IMG/VR virus record: IMGVR_UViG_3300030099_004448
Coordinates: 62,001 to 126,000 of that record
DNA: 64,000 bases
Strand: one strand, 5' to 3'
A model generated the notes under the pieces. The model was not told the origin of the DNA and did not search any database. It saw nothing but the letters and a program-made list of their open reading frames with translations. Positions 1 through 10,256 of this stretch are shown here, one piece after another; positions within the stretch are counted from its first letter, which is position 1, and every line of letters starts with the position of its first letter. A program made the translations under genes and the position numbers.

Positions 1-1
1 C

Positions 2-862
2 GCTGAAGAAGAGACTGCTGAAGAAGCAGTTGTTTCTGAAGAGGAGGCAACCGAAACCACCGACGAGACTGAAGTCGTAGCTGAGTCCGAGGAGACCACC
101 GAAGAAGAAATTCTTACTGGTGAAGAACTCGATTCTGCAATTGAAGAAGATGTTAACGCACTTCTTTCTGGCGACGAGTCACTTTCCGAGGAGTTCAGAG
201 AAAAGGCAAAACTAGTTTTTGAAGCTGCTCTGGGCGCCAAAGCCAAGGAAATCTCTGCAGAACTCGAAGAGCAGTATGCTACTGCACTTTCTGAGGAAGT
301 TGCTGAAATCAAAGTAGAACTAACCGAGCGTGTAGATTCATACCTTGAGTATGTTTCTGCTGAGTGGTTAGAAGAAAATGCTCTATCTATCGAAAATGGT
401 CTCAAGTCTGAGATCACGGAATCCTTCATTACTGGTATGAAGGGTCTCTTTGAAGAACATTATGTATCGATGCCTGAAGAAAAATATGATGTACTAGAGA
501 GCATGGTACAGAAATTAGATGAAATGGAGACAAAACTCAACGAACAGATTGAGAAGAATATTTCTCTCAATAAGCAGCTTGGTGAATCCACAGCTGAATC
601 TGTTTTCAACAGAGTTTGCGAAGGTCTTGCTGTTTCCCAAAAGGATAAGCTTCAGTCCCTCGTAGAGAATGTTGAGTTTGAGAGTGAAAATGACTATTAC
701 CAGAAGCTGGTAACTCTTAGGGAGTCATACTTCCCAAGAAACGCTGGTACTCCAGCAAACGAAACGGAAGAAACACTAACCGAGGAAGCGGCACCAACGG
801 AAGAATTATCTTCTACTATGGACGCTTATGTTCGCGCTCTTTCCACCGTTGCTAAAAAGTGA
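2..862 (+). CDS. gp22: Prohead core scaffold protein (5'-truncated by window edge)
   Basis: Frame open from base 2 (AEEETAEE...EDVNALLSGDESLSEEFREKAKLVFEAA...VDSYLEYVSAEWLEEN) into the 437..862 ORF; acidic coiled coil directly upstream of gp23. Confidence 0.95.
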   Translation, partial: AEEETAEEAVVSEEEATETTDETEVVAESEETTEEEILTGEELDSAIEEDVNALLSGDESLSEEFREKAKLVFEAALGAKAKEISAELEEQYATALSEEVAEIKVELTERVDSYLEYVSAEWLEENALSIENGLKSEITESFITGMKGLFEEHYVSMPEEKYDVLESMVQKLDEMETKLNEQIEKNISLNKQLGESTAESVFNRVCEGLAVSQKDKLQSLVENVEFESENDYYQKLVTLRESYFPRNAGTPANETEETLTEEAAPTEELSSTMDAYVRALSTVAKK

Positions 863-920
863 GTTTTAGATAATACTCAAACCGCACCTAACAACATCTT
901 ACGAGGTATAGAAAAGTAAA

Positions 921-2288
921 ATGGACGGACAAAACCTACAACAATTACAGGAGAAGTGGGCTCCTATCCTTAATCACGAAAATTTCAGTGATATTGCCGA
1001 TTCCCACAAGAGAGGAGTTGTTGCACAGCTCCTAGAGAACCAAGAGAAAGAGTCTCAAGAGACCGCTTCCTTCCTTGGAGAAGCTGCACCAACTAACTCA
1101 GGTCATGCACCTGCAGGTTCTAACGTTGCTGGCTTCGATCCCGTTCTGATCTCCTTGATCAGACGCTCCATGCCTAACCTGATCGCATACGACATCTGCG
1201 GCGTTCAGCCAATGAGTGGTCCTACTGGACTTATCTTCGCAATGCGTTCCCGTCAGTCCGCTCAGGACGGAACCGAGACCTTCTTCGATGAAGTCGATTC
1301 CGCATTCTCTGGTCAGGACAACGACAGTTCCCTCACTGGTGGTTTCTCTGATGCCGCTGCTGGTATGGGTACTGATGCACAAGCAGGTACTAACCCAAGT
1401 GCGCTGAACCCAGTTGGTTCTGCAAACTCCCTCGGTTACACCGTTGGTCAGGGTATGTCCACCGCTGAGGCTGAAGCTCTCGGAGACGGTGCGAACAACC
1501 ACTTCAACCAGATGGCATTCTCTATCGAGAAAGTCACTGTAACCGCTAAGTCCAGAGCACTCAAAGCTGAGTACTCCTTGGAACTCGCACAAGACCTCAA
1601 GGCGATTCACGGTCTGAACGCTGAGGCTGAGTTGGCAAACATCCTGTCAACTGAGATCCTCGCTGAAATCAACCGCGAAGTCATCAGAACTATCTACAAG
1701 GTTGCTGAACAGGGTGCAACTGCAAACGTTGCAACCGCAGGTACTTTCGACCTCGACGTTGACTCCAACGGTCGTTGGTCTGTTGAGAAGTTCAAGGGTC
1801 TTCTGTTCCAAATCGAGCGCGATGCCAACGCAATCGCACAAAGAACTCGTAGAGGAAAGGGCAACACCATCATCTGCTCCGCAGACGTTGCTTCCGCTCT
1901 AACCATGGCTGGTGTACTCGATTACACCCCTGCACTCAACGCTAACCTTAACGTTGATGACACTGGTAACACCTTCGCTGGTGTTCTCCAAGGTAAGTAT
2001 CGTGTTTACATCGATCCTTATGCTGCAAACGTTGCTGCTGATCAGTACTACGTTGTTGGTTATAAGGGTTCTAGCGCATACGACGCAGGTCTCTTCTACT
2101 GCCCATATGTTCCTCTCCAGATGGTTCGTGCCGTCGGTCAGGACACCTTCCAGCCCAAGATTGGCTTCAAGACCCGTTACGGTATTGTTGCTAACCCATT
2201 TGCAGAAGGAACTACCGCAGGTCTCGGAAGACTCCGCATCAACGCAAACCGTTACTACAGAAGAGTCAAGGTTGCTAACCTCATGTGA
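921..2288 (+). CDS. gp23: Major capsid protein
   Basis: EKWAPIL, FDPVLISLIRR, GVQPMSGPTGLIFAMR, KSRALKAEYSLELAQDLKAIHG, YCPYVPL, FQPKIGFKTRYG motifs. Confidence 0.99.
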   Translation: MDGQNLQQLQEKWAPILNHENFSDIADSHKRGVVAQLLENQEKESQETASFLGEAAPTNSGHAPAGSNVAGFDPVLISLIRRSMPNLIAYDICGVQPMSGPTGLIFAMRSRQSAQDGTETFFDEVDSAFSGQDNDSSLTGGFSDAAAGMGTDAQAGTNPSALNPVGSANSLGYTVGQGMSTAEAEALGDGANNHFNQMAFSIEKVTVTAKSRALKAEYSLELAQDLKAIHGLNAEAELANILSTEILAEINREVIRTIYKVAEQGATANVATAGTFDLDVDSNGRWSVEKFKGLLFQIERDANAIAQRTRRGKGNTIICSADVASALTMAGVLDYTPALNANLNVDDTGNTFAGVLQGKYRVYIDPYAANVAADQYYVVGYKGSSAYDAGLFYCPYVPLQMVRAVGQDTFQPKIGFKTRYGIVANPFAEGTTAGLGRLRINANRYYRRVKVANLM

Positions 2289-2307
2289 TCTCTTCTCACA
2301 TATTTCC

Positions 2308-2333
2308 AGAGGTCCTTCGGGACCTCTTTTTTT
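2308..2333 (+). terminator. Rho-independent terminator after gp23
   Basis: AGAGGTCC-TTCG-GGACCTCT stem (cUUCGg tetraloop) followed by a T-run. Confidence 0.92.
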
Positions 2334-2359
2334 ATGCAAATAAATAAAGATAAAACGCT

Positions 2360-2893
2360 ATGTCATTCTCTGCGTTCGCAAGACAAATTTCTAACAGAAA
2401 CTTTCTTGCCCCAACTGGATTTAAATTTACTTTAGCAAGAACGCCGAAGGTTGATTTCCTTGCACAGGCTGCAAACATTCCCGAGATTGGAATGGGTGTT
2501 GCAATTCAATCCTCATACCTCAAGGATCGCGCTGTCCCAGGTGATAAAATACAATACGGAGATTTTATTCTTCGATTTATTGTAGATGAAGACCTTGAAA
2601 ACTATATGGAAATCCATAACTGGATAAGAGGTCTTGGATATCCAGAATCTATTGCAGAATATCAAAGTTGGATCAATGGAGACGAACTCGCTGCAGACCC
2701 CAACGTCTCCGATGGAACTTTGTTAATATATAATAGTAGTTTCAGGGTTAATGCTAAAGTAGACTTTAGGGGACTTTTTCCCACTTCATTAACAACTGTT
2801 AGTTTTGATTCCGCTACAACTGATGTGGAATATGTAGTCGCTGAGGCTACATTTAAATATGATCTTTATGACATTGAAAAGTATGAATCTTGA
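2360..2893 (+). CDS. gp3: Tail completion / tail-tube terminator protein
   Basis: NRNFLAPTGFKF, ANIP, PGDKIQYG, RFIVDEDLENYMEIHNW; gp23-gp3-uvsY-uvsW synteny; AATAAATA late-promoter-like site at 2339. Confidence 0.85.
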   Translation: MSFSAFARQISNRNFLAPTGFKFTLARTPKVDFLAQAANIPEIGMGVAIQSSYLKDRAVPGDKIQYGDFILRFIVDEDLENYMEIHNWIRGLGYPESIAEYQSWINGDELAADPNVSDGTLLIYNSSFRVNAKVDFRGLFPTSLTTVSFDSATTDVEYVVAEATFKYDLYDIEKYES

Positions 2894-3311
2894 CATGATA
2901 CAAGATCTTTGGGAAAAAGACTCAAAGATCGATGATGATAATTTACATTCAGAATCTACAAAGATTCCGAGTCTTCATTCAAAATACTATAAACTTTATA
3001 ATAACATCCTTGTTCTTAAGAAATCACAAGAGAACAAATATAAAATTTTAAAAAAAGAAAAATGGCAATACTACACTGGTAGAGCAGAACCAGAAGTATA
3101 TGCAGAATATCCTTTTGACCATAAAGTTCTAAAAGGAGACTTAGACAAATATCTCGATGCAGACGAAGATATTATTAAGTGTCTCACAAAAATTGATTAC
3201 TATCAAATGATGTTGGACTATCTAGATAGCATTATTAAAACTATCTTAAATAGAACGTATCAGCTGAAAAACGCGATTGAGTGGCAAAAGTTTATTAGAG
3301 GATATGACTGA
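2883..3311 (+). CDS. uvsY: Recombination mediator UvsY
   Basis: WEKDSKID...ESTKIPSLHSKY...YYTG...RTYQLKNAIEWQKF; ATG at 2883 preferred. Confidence 0.92.
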   Translation: MNLDMIQDLWEKDSKIDDDNLHSESTKIPSLHSKYYKLYNNILVLKKSQENKYKILKKEKWQYYTGRAEPEVYAEYPFDHKVLKGDLDKYLDADEDIIKCLTKIDYYQMMLDYLDSIIKTILNRTYQLKNAIEWQKFIRGYD

Positions 3312-4767
3312 CATTGTAATTGGAAAAAAGAACGAAGTATTTCTAAAGTTAAAGGCAGAACCACACGTATTCCAAGAACTTTCTGAACACTTTACTTTTG
3401 ATGTACCAGGTGCAAAATTTATGCCTCAATACCGTAGTAAGTATTGGGATGGAAAGATTCGACTATTCTCCCCACATACTGGAGAGATCTACGTTGGACT
3501 TTTAGATAAAGTAGTTTCATGGGCAAATAAGTGGGATTACCAAGTAGAGTTTGAAGATAATAAATTCTACGGAACACCTTTTGAAGAAAATGAGATGATC
3601 TCATATGAAGGTGTAAAAGATTACATGACAAGGATCTCTAAGTATAAACCAAGAGATTATCAAGTTGAAGCCGTATATGATGCACTAAAATATAATCGTA
3701 AACTACTCATTTCACCGACCGCATCAGGCAAATCTTTGATGATTTATTCTGTTGTTAGGTATTTTGCAGAGAGAAATAAAAAGATCCTCCTAGTGGTCCC
3801 TACAACGTCCCTGGTCGAACAAATGTACAAAGACTTTGAGGACTATGGTTGGAACGCTGAGGACTGGTGCCACCGCATTTACAGTGGACGTGAGAAGACG
3901 AATGAGTTTCCTGTGGTCATTACTACTTGGCAGTCCATCTACAAACTACCTAGAAAGTTCTTTGATAGTTTTGATGTAGTAATTGGTGATGAGGCCCACC
4001 AGTTTAAATCAAAATCTCTAGTGGGTATCATGACTAAACTTGCAGATGCAAAGTATAGATATGGTTTTACTGGAACTCTAGACGGAACACAAACACATAA
4101 GTGGGTATTGGAAGGACTGTTCGGTCCATCTTATAAAGTTACTCAAACAAAGGAACTTATTGATAAAGGACATTTATCTAAGTTACAAATTAAAATCCTT
4201 ATCATGAGACACAATCCTCAAGTGTTTGAAACATTTGAAGACGAGGTTCAATTTATTATTGGACATGAAAAAAGAAATAACTTTGTAAAAAATCTTGCAT
4301 TAGATCTAAAAGGAAATACCTTAGTATTATTTGCTAGGGTTGAATCACATGGACTCCCTCTTTATGAATCAATAAATAGTTCTGCAGATAAAGGAAGAAA
4401 AGTATTCTATGTTCACGGAGGAGTGAACGCAGAAGAAAGAGAACTTGTAAGAGAGATTACTGAAAAAGAAAATAATGCAATTATTGTTGCCTCTTATGGA
4501 ACTTTCTCAACTGGAATCAACATTAAAAACTTACATAATGTGATCTTTGCATCACCATCCAAATCTAGAATCAGGAATCTACAGTCTATTGGTAGGGTTC
4601 TAAGAAAAGGAAATGGTAAGAATCAAGCAGTTTTATATGATATTGCTGACGATTGCACAAAACAGAATAGAAAAAACTACACTCTCAATCATTTAATTGA
4701 AAGAGTAAAAATATACAACGAAGAACAATTCAATTATGAATTCATCCAAGTAAATCTAAAAGAGTAA
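3304..4767 (+). CDS. uvsW: SF2 RNA-DNA/DNA helicase UvsW
   Basis: WDGKIRLF, SPTASGKS, DEAH, GFTGT, STGINI, QSIGRVLR motifs. Confidence 0.97.
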   Translation: MTDIVIGKKNEVFLKLKAEPHVFQELSEHFTFDVPGAKFMPQYRSKYWDGKIRLFSPHTGEIYVGLLDKVVSWANKWDYQVEFEDNKFYGTPFEENEMISYEGVKDYMTRISKYKPRDYQVEAVYDALKYNRKLLISPTASGKSLMIYSVVRYFAERNKKILLVVPTTSLVEQMYKDFEDYGWNAEDWCHRIYSGREKTNEFPVVITTWQSIYKLPRKFFDSFDVVIGDEAHQFKSKSLVGIMTKLADAKYRYGFTGTLDGTQTHKWVLEGLFGPSYKVTQTKELIDKGHLSKLQIKILIMRHNPQVFETFEDEVQFIIGHEKRNNFVKNLALDLKGNTLVLFARVESHGLPLYESINSSADKGRKVFYVHGGVNAEERELVREITEKENNAIIVASYGTFSTGINIKNLHNVIFASPSKSRIRNLQSIGRVLRKGNGKNQAVLYDIADDCTKQNRKNYTLNHLIERVKIYNEEQFNYEFIQVNLKE

Positions 4768-4768
4768 T

Positions 4769-5176
4769 ATGGAAGAAGATTTCTATGCAGTCATAAAATT
4801 AATATCTGGAGAAGAGATATTTGCAATCGTTTCTCCAGAAGAACATGAAGATAGAACCATGTTGGTTCTTCATAATCCAGTGACGATAGAAATTATAACT
4901 ATTGCTTCAAGGGGTGTACAAGGATATAAAATTGATCCTTGGTTGAAGTTTGCTGATGACGACTGTTTCCTTTTAAATATGGACAGAGTAATGACTATCA
5001 GTGAAGTAAAAAGTGAAGAGTCCATTCAGATCTATCACAAGTTCATCAGACAAAAAGATAAGAAGAGTCCATCTGAAGGAGCTCAAGATACTACTGAAGT
5101 TGTTGGATATGTTTCAAAAGTATCCGAAGCAAGAATAATGTTTGAAAAGCTTTATAAAAAGAAAGCTGATCTTTGA
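4769..5176 (+). CDS. Conserved cyanophage protein, Sm/LSm-like fold candidate
   Basis: IKLISGEEIFA...NP...PW...beta-rich pattern shared with 21297 and 27206. Confidence 0.6.
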   Translation: MEEDFYAVIKLISGEEIFAIVSPEEHEDRTMLVLHNPVTIEIITIASRGVQGYKIDPWLKFADDDCFLLNMDRVMTISEVKSEESIQIYHKFIRQKDKKSPSEGAQDTTEVVGYVSKVSEARIMFEKLYKKKADL

Positions 5177-5190
5177 AACTCCACAGAGTC

Positions 5191-5220
5191 ATTGTACACA
5201 ATATCTTAGGGTGTTGTCAA
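5191..5220 (-). promoter_or_regulatory. Antisense sigma70-type promoter overlapping the gp55 promoter
   Basis: Minus strand reads TTGACA-N18-TACAAT. Confidence 0.5.
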
Positions 5221-5242
5221 CAGCTCGACTTTATGTTACAAT
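5214..5242 (+). promoter_or_regulatory. Sigma70-type promoter for gp55
   Basis: TTGTCA-N17-TACAAT with extended -10 TG. Confidence 0.7.
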
Positions 5243-5268
5243 CTAAACATTAACAAAGGACCCATGAG

Positions 5269-5742
5269 ATGCAAAAACGCAAGAGATCAGAACATTACGT
5301 TAATAACAAAGAGTTTCTAGAAGCAATCGTTAAGTATAAGAACGATGTTGCAGATGCTGCAGAGAAAGGTGAACCGAAACCACGTATTACTAATTACCTT
5401 GGTGAGTGTTTTTTGAAGATTGCTACCCACCTGTCTTACAAACCAAACTTTGTCAATTATATGTTCCGTGAGGACATGATCTGTGATGGAATCGAAAATT
5501 GCGTTCAATACATTCATAATTTTAATCCTGAGAAATCCTCGAATCCTTTTGCTTACTTTACGCAGATCATTCATTATGCGTTTCTCCGCAGAATCCAGAA
5601 GGAGAAGAAACAAATGGAGATCCGTACCAAAATCATTGAGAGGTCTGGTTATGACGAAGTGTTCACAGTAGATGGTGACAATTATAATTCTGCAGAGTAT
5701 AATTCCATTAAGGATGCTATTCAAACAAAGATGTATCAATGA
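5269..5742 (+). CDS. gp55: Late-transcription sigma factor
   Basis: HYVNNKEFL, YLGECFLKIA, NFVNYMFREDMICDG, NPFAYFTQI..YAFLRRI.KEKK. Confidence 0.97.
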   Translation: MQKRKRSEHYVNNKEFLEAIVKYKNDVADAAEKGEPKPRITNYLGECFLKIATHLSYKPNFVNYMFREDMICDGIENCVQYIHNFNPEKSSNPFAYFTQIIHYAFLRRIQKEKKQMEIRTKIIERSGYDEVFTVDGDNYNSAEYNSIKDAIQTKMYQ

Positions 5743-6785
5743 GTTCTATTGCACTAATTACTGATACTCATTTCGGTGGACGTAAAGGAAGTAAAAACTT
5801 CCATGAGTATTTCAGAAAGTTTTATGAAGACATCTTTTTCCCAGAACTAGAGAAACGTAATATCAAAAACTGCATTCATCTTGGTGATGCATTTGATAGT
5901 AGAAAGTCTGTTGACTTTTGGTGTCTCAACTGGGCAAAAGAAAATGTATATGACAGATTCAAAGATCTAGGTGTCACTGTTTATCAGTTAGTTGGTAATC
6001 ATGATGCATATTATAAGAACACGAATGAGGTCAATTCGATTGATTCTCTTCTTTCCGAATACGATAATGTCATTCCCATCTCTGGTCCTGGTGAGTATAA
6101 CATTGACGGATTCAAAGCATTCATGATTCCTTGGATCTCTCAAGAAAATTTTGAAGAGACTCAAGAAAAAATCGCGAAAACCAAAGCAAAGGCTGCATTT
6201 GGTCACCTAGAACTCAATGGATTCTCTACATATCCTGGACATGTTCAACAACATGGTATGAATGTAGATATGTTCCAAAAGTTCAGAATCACTTGTTCTG
6301 GTCATTATCATACCAGATCGAATGATGGAAAGATCTTTTATATCGGCAATCCTTATCAGTTGTTTTGGAATGATGTAGACGACAAGAGAGGATTCAATTT
6401 CTTTGATACTGAAGACTTTAGTTTGGAGTTTGTTCAGAATCCATACAACATCTTTGAAAGAATCTATTACGAAGATCAGAATGCAAAACTTTTTGATACT
6501 AGAAATCTTAAAGATAAGATTGTAAAGGTAGTAGTAAGAAAGAAGTCCGATCCTCTAATGTTCGATAAGTTTATCGACAAGGTTTACAAGTCGGGTATTC
6601 ATGATCTTAAGATAGTAGAAAACTTTGAAGTCAACGATGACGATGTTGATTTTGATGGTGATAAGATTGAAGATACGATAACAATTCTCAATAAATATGT
6701 TGAAGACTCGGATTTTGATTTAAACAAAGAACGGGTAAAACAACTTCTGAGGGAAGTCTACCAACAAGCTTGCGAGGTCGAATGA
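5739..6785 (+). CDS. gp47: Recombination endonuclease subunit (Mre11/SbcD-like)
   Basis: DTHFG, LGDAFD, GNHD, GHLE, SGHYH metallophosphoesterase motifs. Confidence 0.97.
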   Translation: MSSIALITDTHFGGRKGSKNFHEYFRKFYEDIFFPELEKRNIKNCIHLGDAFDSRKSVDFWCLNWAKENVYDRFKDLGVTVYQLVGNHDAYYKNTNEVNSIDSLLSEYDNVIPISGPGEYNIDGFKAFMIPWISQENFEETQEKIAKTKAKAAFGHLELNGFSTYPGHVQQHGMNVDMFQKFRITCSGHYHTRSNDGKIFYIGNPYQLFWNDVDDKRGFNFFDTEDFSLEFVQNPYNIFERIYYEDQNAKLFDTRNLKDKIVKVVVRKKSDPLMFDKFIDKVYKSGIHDLKIVENFEVNDDDVDFDGDKIEDTITILNKYVEDSDFDLNKERVKQLLREVYQQACEVE

Positions 6786-7087
6786 TGTATATCCTCACAA
6801 TTTCTGGTCAAGAAGATGAAGGTGCATACGCTGTAGAAGATGATTACGGCGATAAGACCCTCTTTTTCTTCCAGGAAGAGGATGATGCAGAACGTTATGC
6901 CATGCAGTTAGAAGCAGACGACTTTCCTGAGATGGATGTTGTGGAAGTGGACTCTGAACTTGCAATATCCATGTGTAACAAGTATAATTATAGGTATTCG
7001 ATTATAAGTCCAAACGAGTTAGTTATACCTAATTATGATTCTTTTCAAGACAATTCGTTGGAAGAACTTCCTGAGCACGGGGAATAA
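6782..7087 (+). CDS. DUF3110-like acidic protein
   Basis: EGAYAV...FFQEEDDAERYAMQLEADDFP pattern resembles the cyanobacterial DUF3110 family; lies between gp47 and gp46. Confidence 0.65.
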   Translation: MMYILTISGQEDEGAYAVEDDYGDKTLFFFQEEDDAERYAMQLEADDFPEMDVVEVDSELAISMCNKYNYRYSIISPNELVIPNYDSFQDNSLEELPEHGE

Positions 7088-8750
7088 TTTTACCGAGGTT
7101 GATTTTCAAAAGTCAAATACTAATTTGATCATGGGGTCAAATGGTTCAGGTAAGAGTACCATTTTGGATGCTCTTACCTTTGTTTTGTATAATAAACCAT
7201 TCCGTAAGATCAATAAACCTCAACTTGTAAATTCTGTCAATGAAAAAGATTGTCTAGTTGAAATTGAGTTCTCTATTGGGTCTAGAGAGTATAAAGTAAT
7301 TCGTGGAATCAAACCAAACGTTTTTGAGATCTGGATAGATGGTAAAGTTCAGAATCAAGATGCAGCCCAGGCTGATCAACAGAAAAAACTTGAAGAAGGT
7401 ATTCTCAAACTAAATTACAAGTCTTTTACTCAGACTGTCATTCTTGGATCTGCCACGTTTGTTCCTTTTATGCAGTTGACTTCTTCAAATCGTAGAGACA
7501 TTGTAGAAGATCTTCTGGATATTAAAATCTTTTCTACAATGAATGGAATCCTTAAGGATAGGGTTCGTTCTTGTAATGAAGTTATTCGAGAAGCTTCAAT
7601 CCGAAAGGATATGATTGAAGATAAGATCGAGATGCAAGAAAGTTTTATAAAAGATATTGAGAAATCTGGAAAAGAAAGAATTGATAAAAAAGAGAAACAA
7701 GTAGAAAATCTTCATAAAGAAGTTGATGTCATCATGGATGAAAATGATGAGAAGACTTTGAAGATTATGGATAAATTGCAACCAAAGTTAGAGAATCTTA
7801 ATAATACTAAAAAAACTCTTAAGAAACTCAACACAATTAAAGTAAAACTGGAGCAAAAGATACAAAACATTGTAGAAGAGCATAAGTTTTTTGAAGACAA
7901 TACGGTTTGCCCTACCTGCACTCAACCTTTAGAAGAACAATTTCGCCTAGATAAAATTGTAGATATTCAGGAGAAATCTAAAGAACTAAATGAAGGGTAC
8001 AAAGAGCTGGAGGCTGCAATCAATGTAGAACAAGAAAAGGATATCGAATTCACAAATTGTTCTTCGGAGATTAACAGACTCAACAATGACATTTCAACAA
8101 ACAATGTTAGAATTTCTGGGATTAACAGACAAATCAAGAATCTTAGAAAGGAAATTCAAGACGTTGCCGATCAAGTATCAAACAGAAATACTGAACGAGA
8201 GACCCTTAAAAACCTCAAGGAGGATTTAGACAAAACTGAAAAAGAAAGATCCTCTCAGAGAGAAGAAGTATCCTACCTAGACTTTGCTCATTCCTTGATG
8301 AAGGATGGTGGAGTTAAGTCCAAGATCATTAAAAAGTATCTGCCTTTAATGAATCAGCAGATAAACAAATATCTACAGATGATGGACTTCTACATTAACT
8401 TCTCACTGGATGAAGAATTCAAAGAATCAATCAGGTCTCCAATTCATGAAGACTTCAGTTATGATTCTTTCTCTGAGGGAGAAAAAATGAGAATAGACTT
8501 GTCTCTTCTTTTTACCTGGAGAGACATTGCAAAAATGCGTAACTCTTCCAGCACCAACCTTCTTATATTGGATGAGATTTTTGACAGTTCCTTGGATGGT
8601 GCTGGTACTGATTTCTTTACCACTATTATTAGATTTGTAATACAAGATGCACATGTCTTTGTAATTTCACATAAGACAGATGAATTAATGGACAAGTTTG
8701 ATCGTGTAATTAAGTTTGATAAGGTGAAGGGATTTAGTAAAGTAGTATGA
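7035..8750 (+). CDS. gp46: Recombination ATPase subunit (Rad50/SbcC-like)
   Basis: WKNFLSTGN, GSNGSGKST, CPTC zinc hook, FSEGEK, LILDE. Confidence 0.98.
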   Translation: MILFKTIRWKNFLSTGNNFTEVDFQKSNTNLIMGSNGSGKSTILDALTFVLYNKPFRKINKPQLVNSVNEKDCLVEIEFSIGSREYKVIRGIKPNVFEIWIDGKVQNQDAAQADQQKKLEEGILKLNYKSFTQTVILGSATFVPFMQLTSSNRRDIVEDLLDIKIFSTMNGILKDRVRSCNEVIREASIRKDMIEDKIEMQESFIKDIEKSGKERIDKKEKQVENLHKEVDVIMDENDEKTLKIMDKLQPKLENLNNTKKTLKKLNTIKVKLEQKIQNIVEEHKFFEDNTVCPTCTQPLEEQFRLDKIVDIQEKSKELNEGYKELEAAINVEQEKDIEFTNCSSEINRLNNDISTNNVRISGINRQIKNLRKEIQDVADQVSNRNTERETLKNLKEDLDKTEKERSSQREEVSYLDFAHSLMKDGGVKSKIIKKYLPLMNQQINKYLQMMDFYINFSLDEEFKESIRSPIHEDFSYDSFSEGEKMRIDLSLLFTWRDIAKMRNSSSTNLLILDEIFDSSLDGAGTDFFTTIIRFVIQDAHVFVISHKTDELMDKFDRVIKFDKVKGFSKVV

Positions 8751-9313
8751 TTCTTGACATTTATGAGAACACTCTTAGTTCTCAGTTTTGCAACCATTGT
8801 ATATGGAAATTTGAAAGAGATAGTAGGAAAGACCAAGGACTAATTGGTGGTGGAGAAGTTAGAACCGACATCAAAGATTCCTTTGATTTATCTCTATCAA
8901 ATTGGCCTGATTGGCAAAACGAAGATAAAATTTTTTATAATACACTAAAACAATATACAGAACAACACACTGAGAAATATCCACTTCCATCTCAAGACTT
9001 TGAAAGTTATTTTGATACTGGATATCAAATTCAAAGAACAAAACCAGAGTCGGTTGGATATACTTGGCACCATGACTTTGTTGTAACTAGAGAAGATACT
9101 GGTTCAATCGCAGTAAGAGTTCTGACTTATATTTGGTATCTCAATACCATTGATCATGGTGGATATACTGAATTTGCTAATGGTGAATCTGTAAAACCTG
9201 AAACTGGTAAATTACTCTTGTTTCCTGCAGACTGGTCTCATGTCCATCGTGGAATTCCACCTAAAGATAAAGACAAATACATTTGTACGGGTTGGATCTA
9301 TTCTAGGTTCTAA
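8747..9313 (+). CDS. 2OG-Fe(II) oxygenase (prolyl-4-hydroxylase-like)
   Basis: WHHD...YIWYLN...GGYTEF...FPADWSHVHRG...KY. Confidence 0.9.
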   Translation: MILDIYENTLSSQFCNHCIWKFERDSRKDQGLIGGGEVRTDIKDSFDLSLSNWPDWQNEDKIFYNTLKQYTEQHTEKYPLPSQDFESYFDTGYQIQRTKPESVGYTWHHDFVVTREDTGSIAVRVLTYIWYLNTIDHGGYTEFANGESVKPETGKLLLFPADWSHVHRGIPPKDKDKYICTGWIYSRF

Positions 9314-9314
9314 C

Positions 9315-9343
9315 TTGCCATACATCGTGCAATGATATATAAT
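9315..9343 (+). promoter_or_regulatory. Sigma70-type promoter
   Basis: TTGCCA-N17-TATAAT upstream of 9366. Confidence 0.7.
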
Positions 9344-9365
9344 ACGACCATAGTATCTTTTTATC

Positions 9366-9560
9366 ATGTATAAACCCTACTCCCCCGAGTGGAATAGATA
9401 TCGATATCTCAAAGAGGCTTTGGACACTTACCTCGATGATTATGTCGATAATGAAGTAATTCTTACTGACATTCTGACTATCTTAAACCAACGGTCAGAG
9501 AAAGCATACAATGAATTCACTCGCTTGAATGAATTGGGATCTATGTTAGAATCTAAATAA
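9366..9560 (+). CDS. Hypothetical protein
   Basis: ORF with its own promoter; MYKPYSPEW start. Confidence 0.75.
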   Translation: MYKPYSPEWNRYRYLKEALDTYLDDYVDNEVILTDILTILNQRSEKAYNEFTRLNELGSMLESK

Positions 9561-9581
9561 CACAGTTAGGAACACAACTTT

Positions 9582-9896
9582 ATGCTATCTACCGCATATC
9601 GTCTCCGACTGGAATCTATCTGTCAGTGTATTGCTAATAAAGAGCAAGTACCACTAGAGGATATGATCTGGGCGGAAAAACTTGCTAAGGCCCACACAAC
9701 TGCCAGAGACTGGCTGAACAAAGCTCGTCGTCACGCAGCACAGGACATTCAGGAAGGTAGCATGGATGATTTTATGAATAAGATGGGACTAGGCGACCCC
9801 GACCCATCTAATTACAAAACGGGGTTTGATGGTGCAGATGATATTAAAGATTGGTTCATGAGAGACAAACCCGATGATTGGAGACAAAGAGACTAA
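9582..9896 (+). CDS. Conserved cyanophage hypothetical protein
   Basis: MLSTAYRLRLESIC...EDMIWAEKLAK...DDWRQRD. Confidence 0.8.
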   Translation: MLSTAYRLRLESICQCIANKEQVPLEDMIWAEKLAKAHTTARDWLNKARRHAAQDIQEGSMDDFMNKMGLGDPDPSNYKTGFDGADDIKDWFMRDKPDDWRQRD

Positions 9897-10030
9897 TGAA
9901 TGATTTTTTAGATAATCTTGCTGCTCATCAGTATCAAAAAATGCATAGAAGAGAAGAAGTTGAAAATTTAAAAAAACAAATTCTTGAACTTCAAGCAGAA
10001 ATTTCAACTTTAAAAGCATCAAAACGATGA
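9896..10030 (+). CDS. Small hypothetical protein (44 aa, coiled coil)
   Basis: Not in ORF track; TAATG-coupled to the upstream ORF; MNDFLDNLAAHQYQKMHRREEVENLKKQILELQAEISTLKASKR. Confidence 0.6.
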   Translation: MNDFLDNLAAHQYQKMHRREEVENLKKQILELQAEISTLKASKR

Positions 10031-10033
10031 GTA

Positions 10034-10228
10034 ATGATAATTGATTATGAATATAAACAGGTAGAAGTTCCTCACGAAATACTTGTGTTTTGTGATTACT
10101 TTACCTATAATGCAAAACGTGAAGATCTTAGATACATTGATTGTGTTTACATGCACATGGGTTTTTATGGCAATGATAAAGAACGTTTGAAGAAAATGCG
10201 TAATGAAATTTTACCTGTCTTTAAATGA
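10034..10228 (+). CDS. Hypothetical protein
   Basis: Tightly packed + strand ORF. Confidence 0.7.
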   Translation: MIIDYEYKQVEVPHEILVFCDYFTYNAKREDLRYIDCVYMHMGFYGNDKERLKKMRNEILPVFK

Positions 10229-10256
10229 ATAAATATTCCTACCCAAGAACAAATTA

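Noticed and set aside
851-920. T AAA AAG TGA at the end of gp22 as a possible frameshift or readthrough into gp23
   Set aside because: The heptamer is imperfect, there is no hairpin, the -1 frame stops within a few codons, and the readthrough frame stops before the gp23 ATG
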